Below, one piece after another: positions 26,644 through 41,198 of a stretch of DNA of 64,000 bases. How positions within the stretch are numbered: position 1 is the first letter of the stretch; every line of letters starts with the position of its first letter. Made by a program: the position numbers and the translations under genes. This stretch comes from Zancudomyces culisetae HAW-14-8 (Eukaryota; Fungi; Kickxellomycota): contig JBNJNM010000009.1 of NCBI GenBank assembly GCA_052426225.1, positions 1,240,001 to 1,304,000 of the forward strand, read 5' to 3'. Below the pieces are notes generated by a model. The model saw only the letters and a program-made list of their open reading frames with translations. It ran no database searches and was not told the origin of the DNA.

Positions 26644-28943
26644 ATGGATGACGCCAGGGTTCCAACAAATAACAGTGGTAAAAGTGGTAGAAAAATAAAA
26701 GCAAAGCCAAAAAGCAACTTTTTTGGACCCTACGTTCTTCTTCAAACGATAGGAGAAGGTGAGTTTGCTAAAGTCAAGCTGGCATTACACAAAGAAACAA
26801 GGGAGGATGCAGCTATAAAAATGATAAAAAAGGAGTGGATAAACTCCGATGTCAAACTTGCCAAGATCACTAGAGAAATCTCAGCACTAAAAGTAAGCCG
26901 AAATTGTTGGGAGAATTACATTTATTTGCTTTAGGCAATATATAACAAAAGTGTCACATTTAATAACATATTTTATAAATAAACTAGGCTATAGACCACA
27001 AAAACATAGTCAAGTTGTACGATATAATAGAGACGGAAAATCATGTTGGGATGGTATTGGAGTATGCCGAAAATGGAGAGTTGTTTGAGTACATATTGGC
27101 AAACAAGTATCTACACGATGATGAGGCATGTAGATTGTTTGCACAGCTAGTTGGAGCAATTAGCTACTTACATCAAAATCAGATTGTACATAGAGACCTG
27201 AAGCTAGAAAATATACTTTTGGACAAGTACAAAAATATCAAAGTAACAGATTTTGGTTTTGCAAACCACTTTGATCCAATTTATGGGGAGTTAATGGTAA
27301 CGTCGTGTGGATCCCCGTGCTATGCAGCACCAGAGTTGGTTATAAGCAATGGTGTATATGCAGGTACTGCAGTTGATGTCTGGTCATGCGGAGTGATATT
27401 ATTTGCAATGGTTGCAGGATATTTGCCTTTTGATGATGATCCAGATAATCCAGATGGCAATAACATCAATAAGCTATATAAATACATTTTAGCAACTAAA
27501 CTTGAATACCCGCTTCATGTTGGGCCACTAGTTCAGAATCTTTTAATGAAGATACTTGTGGCAAATCCTGCTGAGAGAGTAAAACTAAGGGACATTAGGA
27601 GGCACAAATGGTTAGAGAGATATAGAGAGAGCTTTAAGGAGTTTGATTTATTTGATGAAATGCAAAACGAAAAAAGCATCAGAACACAGGAGTTTTCTCT
27701 TCCCAATAGAGAAAACTCACAAAAGGACAGAATTGATGGGAGTGAAAAAACAAAACCCAGCGTATTTGGTGGTGAAATAGAGAGTCAGTTTACATATAAA
27801 AAACTCGATCACGCAGAGGCTGAACTTTTTTTGCAAAACACCAAGCAGGTTGAAGAGAAAAACAAAATAAAGTCAAGCAGCGGAAATAGGGGATCAGCTA
27901 GTAGTAAAATGTTACAAAAGGATGTAAGTAACAGGAATAGCGATAGTGACGTTAATCAGGAGCAAAGACCACTCACCAGGCGCGAAGACAGTGCTATTTC
28001 GGAATTAAGCTTCAGAGATAGTCGTAGAAGCAATATCAGGGATTCAGGGCTTGAATACAGTATAGGAAAAGGAAATGTACTCTTAAATAGAGAGCACGAG
28101 CAGCTTGGTGTGCTGGTAGGTAACGGTATCTCATCTAATTTGGCACACAAAAGTACAAAGCGGTCCTTTCTTGAGAAGCTTCACGAGACATTTTTTTGCC
28201 TTATTTTAGGCAAAAGTAAAGGTAAAAAATCCAAGGCGTCAAACTCAAATATACTGTCCATGTCTCAAAAGCCAGAATTTCTAAAAAGGATGTCGTACTA
28301 CAAGGAAAGTCCCAATCCAAAACTAGTGACATCGACACCTCCAAACATGGTTATGATGTGTCTCCTTAGCGTAGCTGGAAGGTTTGGGTACTTGGTGGAA
28401 GTTACAAGTAAAGATGAAAAAAACAGAATGTTCAGTCAAATGACTAAGAGGGCCTCAGGAACTAATTTGATAGATCAGTTTTCTGTAAGGATAAATTGTC
28501 CAGTTTTGGGTGATGTTGGAGGCACAGCAAAAACCAATAGCAGTGAATTTGAACATAAGCAAAGCGAGAGTGAAGAATTGACTAGAGAAGCACAAAATAT
28601 AATAAAAGAGATTATAGATGAGCATCGAAGTCTTGATAGTTTGTATCAATTCACATCCAAAGAAACCAACCTAATGGAGTCGTGCGAGGCATCAAAAACA
28701 CTGACAAAAATACACACCCAGATATATCGAATAAAGCATAACCCGTACATGTTTGTAGTTGAGTTCAAGCTTCTGCATGGAGAGGTGGGAAGATTTAATG
28801 AAATATGCAAAAGTCTTATTAGTGATCTAGAGGTTGAAATTCAACGAACGGTGAGCACAAGTCCGTACGTTAGCGTGCAGTACATGGACTTAAATGCGCG
28901 AAAACATCTCTCAGATAGACCACGTATTCAGACTTTTTATTAA
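26644..28943 (+). CDS. CAMK-like Ser/Thr kinase, Kin4/Frk1/Ppk1 family (exons 26644-26892, 26988-28943)
   Basis: IGEGEFAKVK, HRDLKLEN, TSCGSPCYAAPE and family insert YLPFDDDPDNPDGNNINKLYKYI; KA1-like C-terminus. Confidence 0.88.
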
Positions 28944-29213
28944 GTGTGATACGTTCCAGTTTTAATATGCACTAGTTTCTCTTGCGTTGCGCTGTTTCCT
29001 TAAAAAAAAAATAATGTTATTATACAACTTGAAAATTGTTTGTAAAGAAAAAAATAAAGTCTAATTAATAAAACAAAGTAACCACAAACACCTTGGAAAT
29101 ACTTAAGAGGGGGGAGAGGGTATTGAAAAAGGGTATGAAAAATAATGAAGGTCTAAGTATAGGGATCAATGTAGTTGTATAGGGGGGAAGAGGGTGGAGG
29201 GTACGTTTTGGTG

Positions 29214-30263
29214 TTACTCTGAAGAAACCCAATCGAAGGCAATGTTGCCGATGTATGGCAGTTTGTAGTAATCTAAAGCCCCAGAGTCGATATACGCTCG
29301 ATAACTAGTGTAGATATAGGAAAGATTAAACAACGCTTAGGTATTTCTATGGAAAGAAGAAAGAAAAAAGTACTTACGACATGTAATAACTGGTTGCAAA
29401 AAAAAGAAAAGTCAGGATTGTGGAGAGGAAGGGAAGTATTAGAGATACAAAGAGGAATGTAATCTACTCGAGGGTAAGGATGATAAAAAGATTTAGAAAA
29501 AAAGCAAGTAGAAATAATGAGTAGAAACACACAAGAGGATAAAAAATATATATAGAGAACATGGGTAATAAAAGAGCGGATAAGGGACTTACAAAGAAAG
29601 AAATGGATAATAAGCAAGATTGCCATGCATGAAAGCGGACATAGTCATTTTGGCGTTCGAAAATCAGAAAAAAGACACCTACAGTAGTAATTAAGGAGAA
29701 GGTAACAATAAAATATGTTAATGCAGTTCGGATGCAGAGTTTGAACATATGGTTTAGGCATGAAAATATGTAAATGAAACAATATATATATATACATGTA
29801 AATATATACATAGATGTCATTGAAAGCTGGGCCGGTAAGGGATGAAAAAATGTAAAAGGGTTATATGAAAAAAGTAGAGAAGAGTGGAATAGACAATAAA
29901 AGGTATTTTACCAGAAAAGATAAACAAAAAGTAGGCGAGCGAGGCTTCGAAATCCAACCGCAAATTCAAATTCGTCGAGTATCTCGAGACCCTATAGGTA
30001 CCAGGCTCATTTGTATCCGTAGAACCCAATTGCGGGTATTGCGAGGAAGTATCGAAATCCGGTGCATTTATATGGATTGCTGCTTCTACTGCTGCTGTTG
30101 ACGAACCCGGTGCATTGTTATTATCAAAGTCGAAATTTCGTTGGTTTTTGTTTTTGTTTTTGTTAGAAGAGAAAGAAGAGGGAGAGGCGTTAGATGTAAT
30201 CTTTGTGGAATCTTGTGTGGTTGGTAGCGACAAGTTCTGGTAGGATTGGTAGGGATGGCTCAT
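29214..30263 (-). CDS. UPF0132/DUF4870-like small membrane protein (exons 30263-29912, 29677-29593, 29463-29378, 29304-29214)
   Basis: Spliced EASLAYF..GVFFLIFERQNDYVRFHAWQS...AYIDSGALDYYKLPYIGNIA matches the fungal UPF0132 pattern. Confidence 0.7.
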
Positions 30264-30890
30264 TGTCGGTTTATTGGGTATTTTGAGTATTATTCTGGAA
30301 TTTTTATTATAACTATTTGAGAGTCTTTTATTTTAACTATAAATATTGTAATTCAGTTAGCTTGGTTTTTTTTTTCGAACTGCCTATTTTTTCTAATACA
30401 TATATGTATGTATCTTTACTTGTTTTTAAAAGAAGAGAAAAACAAAGCCCAGTTATTGAACAAAAAGGTCGGATATTGTAACTAGCTTTTCCAAATTTAT
30501 AAAACATAAAAGCAGAGAGAAAAAAAAAGTGGTGGTTGGGTGGTTATTAAAACTCAACCATTTCCCAGTTCCTATTTAAAATTAGCACTATATTAATTTG
30601 TGGTATAGCTTGCCAAGTAAATAAACATGGTAAATGCAATTTAGTTAGGGGTTCTCAATAACCTCAGTAGGGGAGGGGGAGGTGAATGAGAAAAATGCAT
30701 TTATACAATGATATAAAATGATAATCAAAATCTTCCCACAAATTGCTGGTTAAGCGGACTTGACAGACATTAATTTATATTTTCTGTCTGTATAAACGAG
30801 ATAACAAGTAGAGGAGTGTTGAGGGAAGAGATGGGATACAATTAGTAATCAAAATATACAAAGAAAAAAAGAGAGACAAGAAGACGCTGG

Positions 30891-33210
30891 TTAATCGTCG
30901 TTAATTAAAAAATAGTAAACTCTAACAAAATTAACTACAACGTCAATAAACATACAGGGAAGATTATCAAAATAAGAGGAATAGAGATCAGGAGAAGAAG
31001 AATTGAAGGAATTGTTGCAATAAAGGGAACCAAATAGATGAGGATGAAGAGAGGAAGAGGAGGAGACAGCAGAAGAGGCAAATGGAGAAGAAGATGGGAA
31101 AGGCTCGGTAGTAAGATTGGGGAATAATGGGGCAGAGATGGAGGGGTTTTTGTTTGAGTATAGAAGGGAAATGGTGGAGAGAAGTAAGAGGGAAGAGTTG
31201 AGTAGAGAGGCAGAGAAAGAGAAAAGAAGGGAAGGAAGAGGATTTGGATTTGGGTTTGGATTGGAATCTGGGTTTGAATTTGAGTTTGAGTTTGGGGAGA
31301 AAGAGGAAGAGAAAGAGGAAGAAGAAGAAGAGGAGGAGGAGGAGGAAATGGGGAATGGAGAGTTGAGGATAAGGGCATTGAGATTGAGGACAAGAGACTC
31401 AAACTTTTCAAAGGCTTGAAGAAACTTGATGACGTCAGAATATTTTAATTTTTTAGGTCTGGCAAGAGAGGGGTGAGGATTAAGGTCGGAGTAAAGAGAG
31501 GAAACCCAAGAGACATAGTTATTGGCGAGGTCAAAAGTGAGAGTTAAGAGCAAAGTAGATTTGGGAGAAGGTTCGCGAAGAAAACGGGAGAGTTTGTAGG
31601 TAAATTGGATGGATTCAGAAACGAGGGAAACGACATCGACAAGTAGAATGTTGAGTTCAACAAGAGTAAAATCAAGTCTTTTGAGGCCGTTGGCGCTGTG
31701 CATACAGGTGTTGTAGACTTTGGTAACCATTTCCAAAATAACAAGACACACGTCATGGAATTTGTCGATTACGGCGCGGATGACAGAGGATAGCCTGGAT
31801 TGGTCGGCAGGTCTGCCAGTAAAGACACCATTTTTGGTATTGAAATAAAGCTCGGTTTTGTCGTGTACCAGTTTGTAGACATGCTCAATATTCGTATAGA
31901 ACGTTTGTTTTGTCCAATGTTTAAGTGGGCTCGCTGTAGGAATTCCAGAAAGTTCGTCCAAGCAGCCAAAGCTTTTCAAATCCATTTCAATATATTTCTG
32001 CCAAACAACTCGGCGCAAATGCAATGCTCGCCCTACCGCATCGCGTAAAAGCAGTCCTAGAAACCATACTCTATGTTCATATAGCCATTTTGCTGCTTCG
32101 AGTAATTCTCTGAGCGCTTGTTCTTCATCTACTCGATGTGTTGCTGGTCCAATCGTACTACTTGCAAGTATCTGGTTCATTGCTTGTTCAAATCTGACAA
32201 CTTGGGCTTCCAAACATATTCGCACACTTTCCTGGTCACCTCCACTATCATACACCATTCTTTGTTCCCATTGACTCACTGCTTCGTTAATAGCTCCAAT
32301 AAGCTGGTGCTTTGGACTGCCAATCATTTCGTACTGAACCAACAGCAGATATGGAAGATCACAAATCTTTGGGTTTCCCTCAATCCGCTCCTTGCCTTTC
32401 ATTCCGCCGCGATCCCTTTCTTGTACTTGCCGCCTCACACTTCCTTCTTCTACTAAACTGCTCTTCTTCAACTCTTTTGTTATTGTTTCTATACCGCCTT
32501 TAACACCCTTCTGAAGCCTTTCTCTCTTATATACTTTTTTCCAATCCGCCTCTATCTCTGTTCCCACATCCATTTTCCACTGCACCAACCCTCCTCCCAT
32601 CGAAACTTCCTTTCCTTCTCTTTTTTCCTCCTCACTTTTATGCTGCTGGTTCTGAAACTCCATGGGAATATCTAGTTCGTGCATCTCTGTACTTCTTTTT
32701 CGTTTCAACTGCTGTGCCTTTGTCTTTTTGTTTCTATATCCTAGGTCTATTCCATTATTACGTCATAGAATCGTCATTATCATTACCATTAATAAATTTA
32801 TTAAAACTATACCCAATATATTTATTAAATCTATTGTCTCATTTTCACTACTTACTCTTTCCACTTGTCTCTCTATCAATTTTTCGCTCCCTTTCCTCTT
32901 TGGCCTTTTTTCGCCGATTATGGTTAATTTCTCGCTTTAATTCTTCAACCATTTCTGTCCCATACTCCTCAAGAACTCCCGAACTTATTACATTGCCCAA
33001 CGCCCCCATAATCGTGTTGTAACTCTCCTTTAGTCTTTCACGCCACAATTGTTTTATGTCAATACCTTCTTCAGTTTGTCTGTTGGCAATAAAATCAATA
33101 TTTGGTGTTGTTAGGTTTACAGGTTCGGAGCATCTCTGTTCCCCAACCCTTTCTCCACAGGTTGTCCTTCCCATCCCCTCTGCAAAATCGATTTCCATTT
33201 CCAGGCTCAT
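30891..33210 (-). CDS. Hypothetical protein, ~735 aa (exons 33210-32856, 32740-30891)
   Basis: Phase-1 GTAAGT..TAG intron joins the 120-aa and 605-aa ORFs in frame; helical core, Ser/Pro/Leu-rich C-terminus; no family recognised. Confidence 0.6.
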
Positions 33211-34770
33211 TTCTTTTTTTTTAATACCTTTTTTTCTATCTTGATGTATCCTTTATGTTGAATTTTAATACATTATGTTACAAATGGGTCCAGTATCTTT
33301 GATTCTAAAATATAAACAGTATTATTCTATATGTTGGATACACTGTAAAGTGTAAAAAAAAAAGCATATAAAGAATAATAATAGAAAGCTTGTCACTAAA
33401 TGAATTCAACCTACTTGATAAATTTATTTCGGCTCCAAATATTTTTTCTCATGGAATATATTATCCAATATAAAATTTTTTTTGTTTGCAATTTTCAAAT
33501 CATCACAAAAAACATCCATCTAATCATACATAGGTCCATTAACAACTTGCGTATTTGACATGAAAAGAAAAATGTATATAGCATACTCACTTTTACCTAT
33601 TAAATTGAATCAAAAAAATATGTACTAGCCCACCCCACCCCACTTTGAATTCTCACCTTCTCACCTTTCACTACCCCTTTCATCTCTCTCTCTCCCTCTC
33701 TCTCTATCCTCACCCCCCCCCCTATCCTCCACCTCTGCCTAAAAATATTCATTATTTTATGCATGTTAAAATAAACACAATATATTCACTATAAAGATAA
33801 TTCCACAATCTTTCCTAGTGATAAAAATATAGCATTTGGCAAACCTGGAAATACAAAAATTAAATACAAAAGAACAAAAAAGAACAAAAAACAGTGATTA
33901 GAGGAACAGTTTCTAGTAATAATCCACAGTTTCTGATTAAACCAAAAAAAAAAAGTGACAATGTATGCTAATTATCATTTGTATCTCCCAATTTATTCAT
34001 AGAATTTATCAGAATACTCTATGTATGTACTCGAACAAGTAGCTCACTTTCTGATTTGCATAATATATTTCCTGTCCTTTCTATTCTCGTAAATACAAAC
34101 TTTTGTATTTTTTTTAATTGTCGTTATCATAGTATTCGTGATATCTTGTGTACGGGTTTCCCTCTCAATCATAATTTATCCAGTTTTGAATGAAACTCTC
34201 AGTAGGTACATGCCTACCTTAAAGGCTAAACTGAAGACAACTTTGTATTAGTAAATACACACTTGTATGATCAATGCACTACTTGGCCTTCAGTGTATCA
34301 AACTAATCCATTATTGGTAATACACAGTTTGTAAAAATACACCGCATATCATCATCATCATCATCATCATCAAAGTTATTCAATATCAAAGCTCATTTTC
34401 GCGTTTCCAAGTGTTCCAATTATACAATACCACTTTATCTCTTATCCCTTGTTCCTTAATAACACCCCCACCAACACCACACACACGCACACTAAAAAAA
34501 GAAGTTGACTCATATTTCAACCCTCAGTGTCTTGTACAATATAAATGACACAAAATAGTATATATGAAGAATAATGGAATATATTAGAGGATGAAGTGTC
34601 AAAACAAGTTGTCAGTTAGTTTATAAGAGTATTATTGTGTCAAGAAAGAAGCGAATAAAAAAAAAGCGAATAAACTACGCCTGTTAACAGTAGAAAAAAG
34701 GGGTGGGGAAGCTTAAATAAACAAAATGGGTTCATCAAATAAGTAATAAATAGGAACCGATGGAAAAGTC

Positions 34771-36158
34771 TTATTTACGGTTGAATCTATTTCCAGGCGA
34801 GGAGGTCTGCACAGCCTCGATTTCAGCTTCAAGCTGTTTGACAAGGTTGTGTTCGGCTTCCAAATCTTTGTTGAGTCTGTCACGCTCGGCAATAAGCTTG
34901 CTTTCCCATTGGCGGAATCGGTTTTCTTCCAATCTGACCTTTTCGGTGAATCGTTTGCGCAAAGCCTCTTCCTCATCCTTGAAAACTTTGTTGTCAGTGG
35001 CCTTAGGCTTGGCTTCACCAAACTTGCGAACCTTCATTTGGGCAGTTCTGTAGGCATCGTAGTGAGATTCTTCGGTAGAGTTGATCAAGTCAAGCATGTG
35101 GCTGCGGATCAACAAACTGCGGAGTTTCTTGAAGTCACAGTGTTCGTCATTCTCGACCTCGGCAATTCCCCAAGGATATTTACGGCCCTTAACAACACGG
35201 CCATCTGGAGCAACAACTTCGGTGGAGCTTCCAATTACGGCAAATGGCATGGCAGAGACAATATCACGGTTGCGGCTGGTGACGGATTCGTCTTCGCTCT
35301 CAACAGGTGGGGTGTAGATGCGGATGTTTTGAGCATTGATTGTGTCCAAAATGCGCTTCTTGAAAAGCTTCAAGGATGTTGGAGACATGGAGTCGGCCTT
35401 GGATATGACAGGAATCAAGTTACAGATAGCACCAATGGCCTTCATTGCTCGCACGTCAAGTGGCTTGAGTGAGTGTCCGTTTGGCCTAATGAAGTATAGA
35501 CATGCGTGCACTCTCATGTCAACAAGTCCTTTGCGGACTGGTTGTTGCTCTTGACGCAAGTATTGTTCATACTGGTTTTCAATGAAGTCCACAATAGGAT
35601 GCCAGCAGTCGTTGTTGTCAACATAGTCTCCAAATCCTGGTGTATCAATAACGTTCAACTTGACGTTGAAGTTTTTCTCTTCAAGCTCTATATTTGTGCC
35701 AGTTAGTTTTTGTTTTTTTTAGTTATCCAGTTAATACATACCCTTGCTTTACCTGTCTATTTTTTATAATCTTACCTGCTTTGTGGATGTTAATGTCTAC
35801 TGTTTTGTCACACTGCTTCTTGCGTCTGGTTGAATCGTCAAGAGGTGTGATCAGCTCGGTTGTGAACAATGTGTTCACAAAGGTAGTCTTTCCTGTACCG
35901 GATTCGCCTATTAGTGTTTGTTTAAGTGTGGTTAGACATCTTTTCTCACTCCCCTGTTTTTTTTTCTTATCTTCTTTGCTTCTTGTTTGCAGAATTCAGC
36001 ATCTTTTACTTACCGACTAAAATAATCGAAAAATCAGTTCCCTTTTTGGTAACTATCTTGTGTAACTGGTTAGGAAGATTGGCTATTCCAATTCCTGTCT
36101 GTGATACGTTTTTGTTGACATAGCTTTCTATGCCTTCATTATTATCTTCGAATGCCAT
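34771..36158 (-). CDS. CDC12: Septin, Cdc12/Spn4 group (exons 36158-36014, 35907-35776, 35687-34771)
   Basis: GIANLPNQLHKIV, GESGTGKTT, DTPGFGD, RVHACLYFI, coiled coil EEEALRKRFTEKVRLEENRFRQWE...ERDRLNKDLE. Confidence 0.93.
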
Positions 36159-38886
36159 TTTTTCTTTTTAATACTGCTTATCAATAGTGGGCCTGTTTAG
36201 GGTGGTTTATTAGTTTAAAAAAGAGTGTTGTTTTGTTTCTAGCGCTACCCTTCGTTATATTTTCTTTTTCTTTCTTGACTAACAAAGTTATTATTCTTTG
36301 CCTTAGTCTTTTGTATATTATTTAAAATTATTTTTTAAAGGCCAAACTATTAATTTTTACAAACTAAATGCTGGGAGCAAAAAAAGAAAATTAAAAACTA
36401 GTCTGCTTTGTAATATTCACTGTATTTTAAAAGAATTTTCACTCGTTTTGTCAAATTATTTAGTTATTCCAAATCACAAACAATTAACTTGGTTTATTTG
36501 TTTACTATTTTCTTCCAAACTTGCTTCCAATGTATCTAATTATTCGATATTCTACAATGAAATAACAACAATTCAAAACTAAATAGTAAACGAGGGAATA
36601 GCTAATTATTTTTGTTTTTAAACAAATCCTTTTTTTTCCTTATTGTGTCCCCAAGCCCTTGCCATCTATCTATAACTGAAAAATCGTTTTTTATCGTTTT
36701 CACCATTAATATCTCTATTATTCGATTTTTCTGTCTTTTTTTTTCCAACATTTTTATCAAGTCCTCAACAAATTAGCGCGATACAACAAGGGAAAACAAA
36801 ACCTGATAAACATAAATACATATTTGCGTATTATTTATGTTTTGATTATGTAAGGCCTTGTTAGTCTTTTCCATTTTTTTTTAGAAACAAGGATTTCAAT
36901 TGCTTTGCACTATGTTTTTCCAAATCAACCAAACTATAATTTGTTGGTTTTCAGCTTCTCGCTAACAATCAACGTAAAAATCCTAAAGAACGTTGATTTT
37001 GATTTTATTTTTGATTTATCAATAGCTCTAGTATTATTGGCTTATATGATTCCCTGTAATTGTTGCAAAAAATAATTTACAAGATTTTAGGTTGAATTAA
37101 AATCATTAGGCAGAGGAACACACTAAAATCGGAGCCATAAAAGCAAACCAAAAAAACAAACCAAAACAAACCAAAACAGCATTTTAGTACAACAGCTTGC
37201 AAACTTGCACACACACACTATTGGTATTATTAGTATCAATGTTAACACCGCCACATCTCCAGCATATCACCATTACCGCGCCATTACAAATTTTTTTGCA
37301 ACAATTGCTTCAGGAAAAGCATCTTAATGTACATTATATGCTAAGGGTTTGTAAACTTTTCAAAACTCGCTTCCCTGGATTGTCTACTCGCTTTCCAGTT
37401 TTCAGCTTATATGATCAGTCCACCCATTCTAGGTGAAGCAAGTCCCTCTTTAAAATCTAGCTCTCATGGCTCGACTCCATTTCCCTTGCTTACATTGACA
37501 CATGTGTTCTAGTTTTTGTTGAGAAATTCTTTCCATTTCGTTCAAAAATGTTCTTGTGTTGCCTATTGGCTGACCCAGTACACAACACTTTCACTGCATT
37601 ATCGTCGCAGTGTCCATAATATACATTTACGAAACAATTAACTGGAAACGCCTTTTCTCTTTGTTGGCTTAAGCAAAGAACAATACGAGGAATGAAAAAA
37701 AAACCCACAACTCGCAGACAAAACCGTACTGACATTACTCCAATGTGATGGTAGACCATAGCATGACAGTATTTACCATGATATATCTCTATACAATCTC
37801 TACACGCACAGATACAAAAACAACTCCGCATATCTCTTTGCATTTTCCTGTTTACTTTTATTAGCAGGCCTCAGCAGACGTTATTGAGTAATTTTATAGT
37901 TTGTATTTGTCATAATGCATGTCCATCGTTTGCACTCGATCTTTAAGGATGCTTCTGCCCCGATATCCATTTTGATGCGCGTCATTGTAGTTTGCAATTC
38001 AGTATACATATCCAATTACAACCACTTTCCCTCTCTCATCCATTACAATATTTACAACATTTCCGAAAGCTTCCCAGCTTTATTTCTCAATACCTCAAAC
38101 TAAAGCTACTTTGATTTATCGAATTTTTTATGCTTCTTGTACAAGAGTTACTTTTACCATCACAAAAGGTTTGTTTTTATGAGTATTTGTTCTTTATTTT
38201 CACATCTCTTACGCACTAATGTAGCAGGTGTTGATCATTGGCCATTTTTAGTTTGAGAGAAAACATGATAAGTTGAACATGTACACTGGTTGACAATATC
38301 TGCTACTATCAGCTACTCCATCACCTCCCCCCCTCCAAAAAAGGTATAGGTAGTAAATTTAATAACCCATGGGTTGTATTGTATCCACGTACACTTGCCG
38401 GCGCCATAACTCAGATACAGGGTTTTACTGATTAACGCATTTAAACTGCCTTGGTGCGCAAGTGTTTAAACAAAAGCGAATTTATCGGATCCCACATTAC
38501 TACACCCTCTCCTCGCCTCTCCTCGCCGACCAAAGCTGTTGAAGGCTCGAGTATGACAAACTGGGTCGGTGGTACATCACATCTATCTGAATTAATCGGT
38601 GTTTATTCAAGTGTAATTTTAACAAATAAGGTGGTATCCAGGAGGACGCACCGGCTGAAAACAAAATAACTTTAAATGTACATAAAGTCGCTCGTTGTGG
38701 AAAACGCCACCAAGTTGAGGTTGACGTTTCCTGTCAGAAAAACACACATGTGAATACCCATGGCAGAGTATAGTGCATGAAAAAAAAGGATAAACAAGTG
38801 AAGGCGGAGAGAGTAAAATAATCTACAGACACGTATTCTTGAGATGGCACATATATCCTCGTTGGCCAAATCCTATTTCAAAAAGA

Positions 38887-39368
38887 TTACATATCAGGTG
38901 CCTCTCTAATGTAAAGGACATTGTTACACCTAATCAAGACATCTCCGAGTGAAGATCCCATAGACACGCCATCTTGATATTCCTCAGTTTCTTTTATCTA
39001 TTGAATAATCCAAAAACATTTGTTATTTAAATCTTGAAATAACAAAAGAAATTCAAGTAAAATGACACATAAAAAGGAAAAGGAAACAAAGCAGCATTTG
39101 CGACTAGAATTTAGATGTTTTTTATTTAAAAACGGACTTACCAACACATTCATATAGCCATCTGTTGAGGCTAATATTCCCTTGTACTCTTGACCCCATT
39201 TTAATTTAGCCAGCACAACCTTACCTACTAATCCTTGTAGGAACGGCTTGGGATTTATTGGTTTAAACTACAGTTATAGTGTCACTTGAGTTGGGTGCGC
39301 AAAACATTTTGAATCATCTATAATTGCGAATTCTAAGTTTACTAAAACACAACATCACTTACATCCAT
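38887..39368 (-). CDS. SMX3: snRNP core protein SmF (exons 39368-39363, 39267-39142, 38997-38887)
   Basis: [14 protein letters not shown]...[20 protein letters not shown]...[14 protein letters not shown]. Confidence 0.92.
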
Positions 39369-39772
39369 TTTATAACAAGTTTTCGTGTCGAGGATTCGTT
39401 TCGAGATTTTTCGTATACCTGTTGCTAACAAAAGGATAAATCCACCAAATATTGCAAATGTGCACCTTTCTTTAGAATTTATATGAATCTGTTAAAAAGC
39501 AACACAAGTTTTGGGAATGAAACAATACGCAAAACTAAAATTATTGACCAAAACACACGTCGAAAACAAGAATATTGCGTAAAAACTAGGGAACAGTTTT
39601 CCGCAGAATTACCAATAATTTTATTAACCAAAGAAAATTTTTTTCTACTCAAACTCATAAATCGCTACAAAACACCCAGATCTAGCTGAGCTAGGTATCG
39701 GGAGGTAAAAAAAAATTACTCAAGGGTGGGGAGGAAGGGGGGAGGTGGACATCCAAAAGCCACAGTCCACTA

Positions 39773-40210
39773 CTACAGTTCATTTTTGCCTGCCTTTACC
39801 TCTTTATCGGGATTATCCAAGGACTTGATCCTTACCAGTTCTACATCGAACTCCAAAACAGCATTTCCAGGAATAACAGGTGGAAAGCCCCTTTCGCCAT
39901 AGCCCAGCTCGGGTGGGATAATGAGTTTTTTCTTCATCCCGACACACATTCCATTAATACCAATGTCCCAGCCCTCAATAACCATTCCACGTCCAAGTCT
40001 AAAGGAAATGGGTTCCTTTCGCTCATATGAACTGTCGAATACCTTCTTTGTAGAATAAAGCCTTCCTGAGTAATGAACATCTACCAAATCGCCATCTTTT
40101 GCTTTTTCAAGGCAGTTCTCGGGAGTGTAGAGTATTTCAGAATTGGGACCGGCCACTGATAGGTAGGGCTGGAAAAAGGCCAGAAGAACTAACAAGTTTT
40201 TTGCAAACAT
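39773..40210 (-). CDS. FPR2: ER-luminal FKBP-type peptidyl-prolyl isomerase (FKBP2/Fpr2)
   Basis: Signal peptide, VHYSGRL..FDSSY, VIEGWDIG, IPPELGYG, C-terminal KNEL retention-like signal. Confidence 0.92.
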   Translation of the reverse strand: MFAKNLLVLLAFFQPYLSVAGPNSEILYTPENCLEKAKDGDLVDVHYSGRLYSTKKVFDSSYERKEPISFRLGRGMVIEGWDIGINGMCVGMKKKLIIPPELGYGERGFPPVIPGNAVLEFDVELVRIKSLDNPDKEVKAGKNEL

Positions 40211-41198
40211 TTCTATAAATGGAGCTTGGGCTATTTGACGTTTTATTATTTAAACAGAATAAAACAGTTGTAGTGGTGGTTTTTAAATAAACCAATTTGT
40301 TGCTTTTGTTATGTTTTGGCCCGAGTTATTGTTGTATTTTGCAGTGTTTGTTGAAACCCTGAAAAAAATAATGGTCATGAATTCTGTCAAGAATTTTATG
40401 ACTAATTCGTGCCATGGTGCAGTAATATACCGAAATCAAGTTTGGCGTAAAACAGTCCACATATTATCTAAACAAAACGATAATAAAACTCAGCCTGATA
40501 TAATGTAACACAAGAAAGTACATTTAATAAAAAAACCTAAAAATTTTACTACTTCTTACAGCATGCAAAAACGAAGAGCAAGCGGTTTTACATATATCTA
40601 TACCACTGAAAGGTGGGATGATGCAGTGCCAGAAGAATGGCATTAGTTATACCTCCATTTCCGGTCATGGGTGATGTGATATGCCTGTTGTTTAGTATAT
40701 TCATCTAGTGTATTCTTTTGCAAATAATCGCAAGAAAATACCACTAGGCTCAGAACTTTACCATGTCACATGCTTTCCCAATGCACGAGAATAATGATTC
40801 CACAAAAAGCTATACAGTTTCATCCCAATCGACAAATTTGTTTTTGAACCTGCAGGCCCTCCGCAGTATGATACATCTATTCTTGAATTTACAAGGCTTT
40901 CGCATAGATAGGTCAGATAAAACGTGCGTGAAAACAGAAAGACGCCAGCTAAAAAGCATTTACACAAGACGGCCACTTGCTGCGATAAATGAAGCAAACC
41001 TAAGACCCAGTATGACACGAGCTACTTTGTTTACTGGCATAGCTATTGTTCACAAAAAAATCTACTGGCTTTCTTTATGTCGGAGTGCTTGAACCAATCT
41101 CTGTTGTACATAAAATAAAGCACAAAGCTAACCACATATTATTCTTTATTAAAAGATAAATCGATACAGAAAAGTGTTAATAGCAAAACGAAACACTC

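Noticed and set aside
33246-33254. U12-type donor-like GTATCCTTT
   Set aside because: On the strand opposite the adjacent gene, with no matching exon or branch site
37197-38870. Short ORFs and slightly GC-richer patches as possible TE relic or ncRNA
   Set aside because: No coherent frame, motif or structure could be supported
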